DNA from: Isurus oxyrinchus | Lineage: Eukaryota | Assembly: GCA_026770705.1 (NCBI GenBank) | Contig: JANJGN010000004.1 | Span: forward strand, 42,346,001 to 42,410,000 | Length of the DNA: 64,000 nt | Direction: 5' to 3' | Shown here: piece by piece, positions 51,098-62,205 of the stretch | How positions within the stretch are numbered: position 1 is the stretch's first letter | How the letters are laid out: the number at the start of each line of letters is the position of its first letter | Translations under genes and position numbers: made by a program | The notes under the pieces: model-generated | Database searches by the model: none | Told to the model about the DNA's origin: nothing | The model's input: only the letters and a program-made list of their open reading frames with translations

Positions 51098-51519
51098 TCA
51101 CAAATGGTTTCATGGGTGAACACTGTCACTGTGCTAGCTGCAAATATATTCACTCTTATTAAATAATGTCTGCTGTTGTCATATAGGCTTCGTGAGAACT
51201 CCCCCCACCACCCTGTCTGCTCCCCAACACTAGCAGTTCAGCTGCACGAAGCTGGACCTCAAGTGATTCTGGAGACAGAAATCTCTGTGGCAGGGCCTTT
51301 TGAAGCCGCATGCAAGCACCCTCCCATACGCGCAGAGCTTTCATGCATCACACACATCTCAATGTCTTAAGTATTTTCAATACTGCCTGCTGGGATTCTC
51401 TTCAGTTATCCATCTGAGCTGACCTTTCTCGCTGCCCACACAATGTTTGCACTCCCATGCAGCACCTGTGCTTATCCAATACAAGGCTATGCTCACTTTC
51501 GATATCGAAAAGATAGTCA

Positions 51520-52430
51520 TGGTCAAATTCCTCATAAACTCCCCACCCTTTCCCCTCCCCTGGTCACCCAGATCCTTTCCCCCATAATAATAGACACACC
51601 CTGGCATTACCTTCAACACCTTCACTGTCACCTTCCAACCCAAATACTTCTCATTGCAGGATGTCCAGGTGAACATGTACAATCCCTTCCTACCTGAAAA
51701 TCCCATCCCTGTCCATGTGTGAACTCCCGACCTTCTCCTTCCCAACCCCAGGGTCCGTGTTCATCCCCGTGTCCTGGTCAACCACCCTTGCCACCCCGTC
51801 TACCATTATTGACACACCCATACCCTCCCACCCTAATGGCTCCCTCTGCTCTCTGTCACTCTAACAATCCCTTCCTCCCATCTCCACCTTCGGTTTGCTC
51901 ACCAGGAGGCAATCATTGACTCCACAAACCCCTCCCTTGCATGTTCACCTGGATATTCCCCCTTTACACCTCTCTCCCCTCTTATTCCTTCCTCCACTCT
52001 CACTCCTTCTCCCCCCCTTGGTCCTTCCCCCCTCCAAACTTCTTCCTCCCCCATACTCCATCTTCCCCCGACACCTTCGAACTCCTTCCTCTCCCCATAC
52101 TGCCTCCTCCCTCCCGGACACCTACCCCGCTCTGAACCTCCTTCACCATACTCCCACCTCCCCCAGACACCGATCCAGTTCTGTACTTCCTCCTTACAAC
52201 TTCCTCCCCTTTACATCTACCTCCCCATTTGCACCATTGTCCCCATTATACCTTTTCTCCTCCGAACTCCCACCACCCTCCCATCTTCACCCCCCAAAAC
52301 CTTCGGCCTCTCCCACCTTCACCCCTCTGATACCTTCGCCTATCCCCTCCCAGCTTCACCCCTGCCAAGACCTTCCTCTCCCACTCACACCTAAACTTTG
52401 CTCTTCCCCACCCCACCCCGCCTTCGCTGC
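51520..52430. repeat. C/T-rich low-complexity tract inside element E
   Basis: Long G-depleted stretch on the + strand. Confidence 0.8.
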
Positions 52431-53147
52431 ATCCTTATCAACCCATGATGAAGTCTGTATAGTTCCGAAGCGGGGCGAAAGCATCACCGATGTCCAAGAA
52501 GATCCAAAGTCTCAGTAAAGCTGCTGCGTGGAGACCTTCCAAGAGCTGCTTTGCGGTGGAGCCATGTGCATGAGGATCCACCCAACCTGCAATGAACAAC
52601 TTCCTCCAGGGTCCAGTAGCTTTAGGCCTCCAGCATCTTCTCCACAGATGTCCGCGGTCTGAGCAAGGCCTTAAAGGTAAGTCCCAACCTCTGCATGTCA
52701 CTCTTGTCCAAATGTGTTCTGGACTGGCTTGTTTTCCCGCTGATGTAACAGAGAATTCGGCATGGGGGGTGGGGTGGGTGTTGGGCGATACTGGTTGGGC
52801 CTTCATTTGCATGACATAAGCAGGATGCAAATAGGCCTCACGCCGGCCTCCGGAGGGATTCCCGATCTGCCATGGTGGACAGCATCGGAAGGTCCCGCTC
52901 AAAATTCATGCCGGCATGAAACCAATTTTTGGGCTCCTGCCAAATTCTAAAGCCCACCCGCCATTGATCCCATCTGCAGGGGCATGGGAGAATTCCAGCT
53001 GATGTTTCAGGTTGTGATGATCCTTCATCAGAATTGAGGAAAGTTAGAAATGTATTTGCAGGAAGTGGGTGAGAGAAAATGTAGTCAAGGTAGCTGTGGG
53101 AGTCTGTGAGCTTGTAGTGAATATTAGTTGATAACTAATTCCGAGAA

Positions 53148-53255
53148 ATCTGGTATTTGGTAGTCTGGTATTTGGCACTTTCCACACTGTGTCTGGTATT
53201 TATACAGTCCACACTCTGTAATCTGGTATTTACACTTACTCTGTAGTCTCTGTAG
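53148..53255. repeat. Imperfect tandem repeat (4 x TCTGGTATTT)
   Basis: tctggtattt at ~53149, 53164, 53192 and 53222, with shared cacact(g/c)tgt sequence between units. Confidence 0.7.
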
Positions 53256-56200
53256 AGAAGTGCAGGAAGGGAAGGAAAGAGTCAGAGGTGGACCAAGTGA
53301 AGATGAGAAAAGGATGGAAATTGGAAACAAAGTCAATGACATTTTCCAGGTCATGATGAGAATGAGAAGCAGTACTGATGCAGTCATTAATGAATGTACT
53401 GGAAAAGAGATGGATGGGGGGAGGGGGAGGTAGACTGAGTAGGGCTGGAATAAGCACTGTTCCATATATCTCATAAACAGGTCGGCATAGGTAGGGCCCA
53501 CGTAGGTACCAACCTTTTACTTGGAGGAAGTGAGTGGAGTTACAGGAGAAGTTGTTCAGTGTGAGAATAAGTTCAGTCAGGTAGAGGAAGGTGATGGTGG
53601 ATGGAGACTAGATGGTTCTCTGTTTAAGTTGGGGGTGTGGTGGGGGCAAAGGTTTCAGGGGTGAAGAAATGGAAAGCTCTCTGACTGTCCTGCTGGAGAA
53701 TGGAGGTGTAGAGGGATTGCGCATCCATGGTGAAAAGGAAACGGTTAGGGACAGGAATATGGAAACTGTTGAAGTGATGTAGGGCATCGGAAGAGTCATG
53801 CGTGTAGATAGGAAGAGACTGGACAAAGGAAGATAAAATATAGTTGAGATAGGAAGAAATAAGTTCAGTGGGGCAGGAACAGGCTGAAGCAATCGGTTGA
53901 CCAGGGCAGTCTTGTTTGTGGATTTTGGCAAGGAGGTAGCAGTGGGTTGTTTGGGTTTGGAGGACTATGCGGTCGGAGGCTGTGAAGGCAAGATCTCCAG
54001 ATGAGATGTGGTCAGTGACAATCCTGGATAAAATAGCTTGATCTTCAGTACTGGAGTCATGGTTAGGGGATGTAAAAAACAATATTGGAGAGCTGACATT
54101 CAGCCTCTGCTAGTGGTCAGGACTCCAGACAACAATGACAACACCACGCTCACCAGCAGATTTGATGATGATGTTAGGGTTGGACCTCAGAGAACAGAGT
54201 GCTACCAGTTCAGAGGGAGTTAGGTTGGAGTGTGTGAAGAGAGCAGAAAAATTAAGACAGTCAATGTCATGCCAGTAGTTCTCAATGAAAAGATCTAGAC
54301 AGGGTAAGAGCCCAGAGGGAGGGGTGCAGGTGGAGGTAGAATATTGGAAGTGGGTAAAAGACTAAATGAGGGGAAGACCCCTGGCCAAAGAAGTGGGCAT
54401 AGATGCAGAGGTGACGAAAGAAGAGCTAAGTGTCGTGGTGATGTCGAAATTCCTTGAGAAGAGGGTATAAGGCGATGAAGGTGAGGCGTTTGCTGAGTGT
54501 TCAGAGTCAGAGAGGGGAAGGTATTATGAATACCTGGCAAGGGCTGAGTTTCGAGGAAGAGATGTGGTCAAACGGATATTGGTGCGCATGAATTGGTGAA
54601 ACTTGCAACCGTCACTATTCACGCACTTCTCATTCCTTTCGCTCTCAGAATCATGATAGGGTCACTTTGTTCTCACCTTCCCTCTCCCTCCAATAGCCTC
54701 CATATTCAATAAATCATCCTCTGGCATTTCCGCCACCTCCAGCACAAAACCTCCACCAAACACATCTTCCCCATTTTCTTCTTTCAGCATTCTGAAGGGT
54801 CTGTTCCCTCTGTGAAACCCTGGTCCACCCCTCAGTCACCTTAATCACCCTCTTCCTTCCCTACAGCACATTTCCATGCAACACCTATCCTTTTACCTTC
54901 TCCCTTCTCACCGTCCAAGGTCCCAAACACTCCTTTCAAGTAAAACAGCGATTTACATATACTACTTTCAATTTAGGCTACTGTATTTGCTTTTCACATT
55001 GTGGTCTCCTCTACAATGTGGAGATCAAATGCAGACTGGGTGACTGCATTGCAGAACACCTCCATTCAGTCCTCAAGCATGAGCCTGAGTTTGTCATTTC
55101 AATTCTCCACCTTGTTCCCACTCTGACCTTTCTGTCCTTGGCCTGCTATAGTGTTCCAATTAAGCTCAATGCAAGCTTAAAAAACAGCACTTCATCTTTC
55201 GTCCTGGCACTCTCCAGAGTTCTGGACTCAATGTGGAGTTCAACAATTTTAGATCATATCCTCTGTCTCCACTTTGTTTCATATTTTTTTTGCTGATTTA
55301 TTTTTTTCTCATTTCTTTATCTTTTCATGTTGCATTCAGGTGGCTGCATACATTCACCCCCTCATCAAGAGACATCTTTTGTTTCTTTACTATACCCATT
55401 ACCGCTCCCTTTGACTTCTGTCATTTAATCTCTCCTGCCCTCCACCCTATCACAGACCTTCCCTTTTGTTCTTCCACATTCTCCTCCCCTTCCTCCACTT
55501 GCTCAAAGCCTATTATATTTCTAACTTTCTGATGAAGCGTCATCACAACATGAATGTTAACTCTATTTCTCTCCACAGATGCTCTCTGACCTCCCGATTA
55601 TTTCCAGCATATTCTGCTTTTATTTTTGATTTCCAGCATCTGTCCTATTTTGCTGTTGTATTAATATTAAATTTGAGGCTATGTTTGAAGAATATTCGCT
55701 CAAGCAACCTAAAACACTAATAAATAAGTTATTCCATTTGAAACTGCAAAAAGGAATTATCTCTCAAGACTGCTGCTGACTTACTCATTACTTCCATCAA
55801 GGCAGCATTCAACTGCCTATTTAATTATACTATTTTACCTTGACAAGATACATGAGTATCCACATGACTTGCACTCTATAAATTGCAACTCAGCTGTTCT
55901 TATGAAAGTGAACAAAGGAGGGCATATATCATCTTTCACAGGCAGGTTAGTAGTTGATGCTCATTCACTTAATGCTTTCTTTACTTCATTATTTAAGTTG
56001 CTCCTATATCTTTGATCAAAGGACATTACTCAATTAGAAAGTCAAGTCTGCAAGACATGTAATATTACTTGAATTCAACTCTTAATCAGATTTGCCACCA
56101 GCGCTATGTTTATAAACTTTGAAGCAATTTCATTTAATTTAACAAACTTGTACGCCATCAGTTTTCAAAATGGATCCGGTTCCTTATTAGATCTCCTAGC

Positions 56201-57089
56201 ACAATTGTTTACTACAGGATGAAAAGATCATTATAGTTTTTAAGGAAATGATTCATGATTCAGTTCCTGTGTTCACTGACCTGGACATTTGTCTAAAGGT
56301 AGCCTATTCTATTAATTTATGACACTGCATTGGAGTAGAAGTGCACCACACATAGGCAAGGTAATGACCAGTTCCAACAATAGAGGACAGAGTGGTGATG
56401 CCAATGACTTACTGCAATGGGGAATGAGTACTAACTTGAAATTTGGTGAAGGTGGGACATCTCTGGTAAGTTTTTCTCAAGCTATAATTTAGATTAGCGT
56501 TCAGACTCTGACTCAGAAATTTAAAACTGCAAGCTAGATGAAAAGCTTAATTTAACAGAAAGTGCCTGGCAGTGGAAGTTATCTATCAACTAATTAGAAG
56601 TAGTTACCTAAATAGGTGTTAATTACTGTACCAGGAAGCTGATTTAGCAGTTGCAACTTCAGGGTGAGTCACCAGCCCTCTATAAAAGCAGACCGGTTTT
56701 GTGACCATATAAAGTGGGAGCACAGAGTGGAAACAATGAGGTCTGGGTGCGACAATGAATGAGTGCCAACTTGGGAATTTGGTGCAGGTGGGCTGGAGAT
56801 GCAGCAGGGGAAGGGGGAAATACCTCCGCTTTTTATACCTTTGAACAACCTCCAGTAGCTGGTGATTGTTCAAAGGCATTAGCTAGGTGAGCAGGTAGGA
56901 GGTCGGTTGGTGAGTTTTAAGATTTGTTTCTTGTAAATTGGGGTAGCAGCTTAAACCAATAAAGGGGATATACAGATATTGCATTAAATTTATAGCTTGA
57001 TGAGCTAAACTAGTTGATATAACTACAGATAACAGTTGTGTGATATTTCTAAACTTGTAACCTAACAAGTCAAATAAAACACAACAAAG

Positions 57090-58005
57090 ATGGTGGGGCA
57101 GGTGATGTGTTGCAGCTGCAGCATGTGGGTGCTGGTGGACATCAGTACGATCCATGGCAACCACGGCAGTAAGTGTCTGCAGCTCAAGGAACTTCCACTT
57201 GAAGTTGATGAGCTGGAGTCTGAGTCTCGGACATACGATACATCAGGGAGTGGAAAAGTTATCTGGACACTTCCAGGAGGAAGACACACCACTTAACCTA
57301 AGTACTTCTGATTTAGTCTGTGGTCAGGAAGAGGAGGGGCGGGTATACAGATCCAGAAGTTAGTGGAGGAGTTTCCACCCTTACAATTGTTCAACATGTT
57401 CAAGGTTCTTGCAGCCCTTGTGGAGCAGAGCAGGGTCCTACAGTTTTGATGAGCAAACTGACCATGATACCTTGGTGCAGGGAGCCATTCAAGTGGGGGG
57501 AGATAAAAAGAATGTAGTTGTAGTAGGCAACAGTGTAGTTAGGGGCATAGATACTGTTCACTGCAGCGGAGATTGTGAGTCCCAATGGATGTGTTGCCTG
57601 CTGATGCCAGGGTTAAGGAGATCTTCTCTGGGTTGGAGAGGAACTTTGAGTGGGGAGGGAAAGAGGGAAGGATCCAACTGTCACGGTCCACGTGTGTACC
57701 AATGATATAGGTCGGACTAAGAAAGAGGTTGTGCTGAGGGAGTATGAGCAACTAGGGACAAAATTAAAAAGCAGAACCACAAAGGTAATGATCTCTGGAT
57801 TACTACCTGCACCATGATCAAATTGGCATAGGGTAAATAAGGTCAGAGAGTTGAATGTGTGGCTCAAAGTTTGCTTTGGGAGAAATGGGTTTTGATTCAT
57901 AGAGCACTAGCACCAGTACTATGGAATGAGGGAGCTGCACCATTAGGACAGTCTTCAACTGAACCATGCTGGGACTAGTGCTGCAGAGAGAGTTTTAAAC
58001 TAAAT
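57090..58005 (+). pseudogene. CR1 ORF1 (zinc finger + esterase) pseudogene
   Basis: ORF pieces 57090-57296 and 57409-57705, with frameshifts. Confidence 0.82.
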
Positions 58006-58879
58006 AGTTTCAGAGGTTGTGGGGGGAGAGGGTTCACATGAGGGGAGATTTGGAAAGTTAAAGAGAAAGGTCAAGGCAATCACAGCCAGAATATGACAGG
58101 AAGGCATAAGAGTGGAACAGGAAATATGTTGAAAATAGGGAAGAATGGCTTTGAGCAATAGAAAAGTATATCAATGTGGATAAAAATGGGCTGAGTGGGA
58201 CAGGTCAAGACAGGTAAATTAATGATAATAGTGCATCAGACAGTAAGGTCCATGCAGGGAATAATAGCAAAATAATAAAATTGAAGTCACTTTATCTGAT
58301 TGCGCAGAACATCTGCAATATGATAAATTAACTAGTGGCATGAATAGAGATATATGGTTTAGATCTAATCAACATTATAGAGACAGGGGGCAGAATTTTA
58401 CGCCTCGCGGGCAGGCCCGTGCCTGACCCAAATGGACATGAAATAGCGTGAGATGACGTTGGGCAAGCGTCCTGGTGTCATTCCACACGCGAGCAATCTT
58501 CAGGTCGGCGGGCGCACGTGGGTGTTGGAGTTGCTTAAAAGGCCACTTAAGGCTACTAAAAAGATAACTGTTCACGATTTTACGTTGCCTGTGCGATGAA
58601 CGTTCATCACATGGGCAAAATTGGCAGGCAGGCAATGATTGCCTTGACCTTTCTCTTTTAACGAAAGCTTTTCCAAAGGCAGCATAAAAAGGGTCAGCAG
58701 CATTAGTGTGAGTAGTGAGGAGTTTAGGAGATAGTTTGTTGTTGGTTGCTTATTTGAATTTGACAGCTTCATCTCTGTCCTGAGCTTCACTCTTAGCATT
58801 TCCAGGCTTCTCCAAGGCCCCGGGAGAATTTTGATTGTGGACCCTTCCAGGTATCAGACAGCCTTCAGTTACCTTGGTA

Positions 58880-60061
58880 ATGGGAATTGTGGTCTCCGTT
58901 GGTGGTACCTCCTCCTCTGAGGAAGAGAGGGGCAGAAGGGAGAGAAGGCCAGATGTCCCAATGCAGCTTCCAGGGGAGCGACCTGTGGGAGGGCATAGGG
59001 CCAGCAGGAAGTCCAAGGCGGAAGGGGACACAGTTGATGCCACTATCCTGCTGCCAGTGTTTAGAGGCAGTGATGCAGCTACCTCAATATGTCCAAGGTG
59101 CAATGCCAAAGGAGGCTCCGCCTCTCCAGGGAGACTGTGATCTCCATTTGTCTGAATGGACGAAGCCAGCCAGGCTTGATTGACAAGCTGCTTGTCGTCT
59201 CTGCAGGCTGCTCTCAGGGTACTCTGGATGATGGCAGCAGCTCCTCCGCCCCTCTGCCAGTGATTGTGGCATCTGAGGAAACTGTGTTGACTGGGGAGAT
59301 GCTAGCCATGGCGCTGGCCGTTCCCTCCCAGGTGGGACCAGCACATGCTCTACTGGCCAGAGGACGAGCCAGAGGGTTTGCAGCGATTGCTGGGTTCCCC
59401 CGCATCCAGGGTGCAATTGACTGCACACGTGGCCATCAAGGCGCCAGTGAGTGAGCCAGGTGGTTTTGTTAACAGCAAGGGCTTTGGTGAACGTCCAAGT
59501 AGTTTGTAACCAGAAGACGCAGATTCTGCGAGTCTGTGCAAGGTACTCTGGCAGCTCCCATGATGCTTACATCCTCAGACACTCACAGATGCCAAGGCTA
59601 TTCACTGCTCCAGCCGGATTGGATGGATGGCTGCTGGGTGACAAGGGCTACCCATTGAAAAGGTGGCTTATGACACCTCTCCGCCACCCAAGAGCAGAGG
59701 CAGAGCAGTGTTATAATAGGAGTCATGCCTCCACAAGGGCAGTGGTACAGAGGACCATAGGCCTCCTGAAGATGCGCTTCTGATACCTGGACCATTCAGG
59801 GGGAGCACTACAATACCCCCCAGAGCGACTGTCACTGATTGTGGTTGCATGCTGAGCCCTCCACAATCTGGCACTGGCAAGGGGCTCCCACTGGAGGAAG
59901 AGGACCTTGAGGCAGCTCCACAGGCCGCAGATGATGAATCCAGTAGTGCGTCAGAAGAGGAGCACAGTGAGGAGAATGCTGAGGGCATTGAGGGAGACCT
60001 TGGTAACCTCCAGGGAGGCAGGGACACCAGGAGTGCCTTTATCCAATGCTTTTTCAGCTAG
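58880..60061 (+). pseudogene. Harbinger transposase pseudogene with HTH region deleted and an inserted Myb-tail segment
   Basis: [48 protein letters not shown] (E to Q), acidic tail. Confidence 0.92.
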
Positions 60062-60384
60062 GCTACCAAAGATCTGCTTCTACCTCATGCCCGGGCTGCA
60101 GCTTCCATCCCGAATGTTTGAATTGGCCCTTTCATTTGCAGCTAAAATCCATTCAGTGCAATAAGGTTTAGAGCTACACACGACCAGCATTAGATATTGG
60201 CATACCCTGCACCTGCAAAACAAGTGAAGCATACTCTGCGGTTAAGACAAAAACAAAATTTTTATCATTTTGACGCTCACATCAAATGAACAGAACTATA
60301 TCTGGTGTTAATGGCCACACCAGAAAACATATTAACAAAGCATGGCAGAACAGAAGGTCACCTGTGAACAGTCCCTCTTGTGTT

Positions 60385-62205
60385 AAACTTACGTTTCCGA
60401 GTGCTGCGTCTTGTTGCACACCCACCACCCCCTTCGCTGGCAGTGGTGTTGAAGGCATCCTGCTGACTGTGCTGTCCAGTTGGCCTTGATGACCTTGGCA
60501 GTTGTACTGTGGCCAGTGGAGCCTGTGCTGGTCCTGCCTTGGGAGGGAGCGGCCAATGCCACAGCTGGCATCTCCTCAGTCATTGTAGCCTCATCAGATC
60601 ACTGGCAGAGGGGTGGAGGAGCTGTTGCCATCATCCAGAGCGTCCTGAGAGGAACCCGCAGAGACGACAAGCAGCTAGTGCACCAACATGAGGACATTCT
60701 GGATCTCCTTGCTCGCCATTGATGGATGGGCACTTAGCTGGGTGCTTCATCAATCTCCCACTGATCACCTGAGTTCAGTGCCTGTGTGAGGGCTTGCAGG
60801 TCTGAGCACAACCCCAGGAACTCCTGATTCTGGCCTTGGAGCTGCCTCTCCATGAGTGTCGTCACTCTCTCAATGGAGGAGGTAGTGCGCTTAGCCATGA
60901 GGGTCAATGTAGTGCTCATGCTCTGCAACAGAAACAATGGCACGTATACCCTCATGGATCTCCACCAGATGCTCTCACATCACACTAGGCACCCATCATC
61001 AGCTGCCTAATGGACGACCCTGGAGGCTCATCATCTGCCTTTGACTCAACATCATCCTGGTCCTCCGGCTGCTGGCATCCTGGGCATGCTCTGCTGTCGT
61101 CTGCCCTCAAGTGAGTTTGAAGTGCCCTCACCACTGTGCATTGACATTCTAGCCGATGATCTAGTGCCCACCAAGGTGCTGGTATCTGCACTGGTGCCTG
61201 GTTCAGAGAGCAGTTGTGACGCAAGTGCATCTAAAACCCAGTGGTCTTCTGGCGTCAAAGGCGGCTCTTCGGGGCCCTGCATTCGAGTGTGTGCTGGCAA
61301 ATCTAACATGTCATTAGTTTAAGTCATCACACTGTCACTGTGCATGCCAGGCATCCTGGTGAGACAATGGCGATCTGCATCATGGTGCCATCATCTTCCA
61401 TTGGTCAATGGGGACTCCAGGTTTGAGGTTCCCATTAATGAAGAGACTACAGAAGAATGTTTGCACCATCTGACACTCTCACCTCTGTGCACTGCATTCT
61501 TACCCTTGTCAGAGACCCCTGCCTCTCCACGACCGGCTGACCAAGGTGGATGGCGGCCCTCCAGCCCCAATGCATCCATTTTGTACCTCATCATGATTAG
61601 GATGTTTGGAGTTCTCCACCTGTCCTTGACCTCTCGACCGTGTTATTGATCCCCTGCTTCTGACAGGGCAGAGGGGCATTGATTAGTCCATTCTCTACCT
61701 GCAGCGCCATTGCAGCCTGGCCAACCCCACCTGAGGAATACCTTGCAGGGCATATCTGAGTCGTGGCCCTTGGGCCACAAAGCACTCAGTCTAAGCAGCC
61801 AAGGCTCACCCCCTTAGCCAGTTTCGAAGTCATTGAGAGTTGGCACTCAGACTCTAACACCCCTGAGTTCCACGGAGGGACGGCCAGCCCTTAAGATATC
61901 TCCACACTGATCCACGTCAACGCGGTACTCACCCTTGCTGAGCACTGCAGGTCATTGAACCTTTTATGGCACTGCATCCACGTGCACCTCACAATGTTGT
62001 GGCTGCTGACCTTGGCTGCCACCTCCTCCCAAGCTTTTTTGGTCTGGTGCGGTGGCCTCCTCCTGCCATCCCTGGATACGAGAGTATCCCGCCTGATGCT
62101 GACCTCCTCCACAAGGGCTGCGAGGCACTCATCCCAAAAATGGGGGTCCGAGTGCCCACCCAACTTGCCCTCCCACCTGATTTTTCCTGCCACTGGTGAG
62201 GCCAT
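60385..62205 (-). pseudogene. Spliced Myb/SANT-like accessory gene; exon 1 (62205-61933) still open
   Basis: PHFWDECLAALVEEV...KAWEEVA...QCHKRFNDL, GTGAGT donor; exon 2 ~61662-61504; exon 3 from ~61303. Confidence 0.87.

Larger units (their letters stand above)
48871..53000 (+). mobile_element. Harbinger element E: Myb-gene-only non-autonomous derivative
   Basis: TIRs gggcGGAATTCTCCCAT / ATGGGAGAATTCCagct; TSD AAT/GAT; flanks rejoin to a Penelope pLTR; no transposase motifs seen. Confidence 0.88.
48808..55645. mobile_element. Penelope-like element with inverted structure, interrupted by Harbinger E
   Basis: Minus-strand pLTR (48808-48870 + 53001-53060) and RT remnants (53090-54570: AKIHKQDCPG, TMDAQSLY, MGPTYA); plus-strand GIY-YIG and pLTR (54630-55645). 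Confidence 0.88.

Noticed and set aside
51895-52518. 207-aa proline-rich ORF
   Set aside because: By-product of a C/T-rich tract that lacks stop codons; no domain signature.
53148-53255. CRISPR-like repeat-spacer array
   Set aside because: Units are only 10 bp, the spacers are short and mutually similar, the context is eukaryotic and no cas genes are present.
56678-56715. TATA-like boxes (ctataaaag, catataaag) as a host promoter
   Set aside because: They lie in the presumptive CR1 5' UTR, with no independent support.
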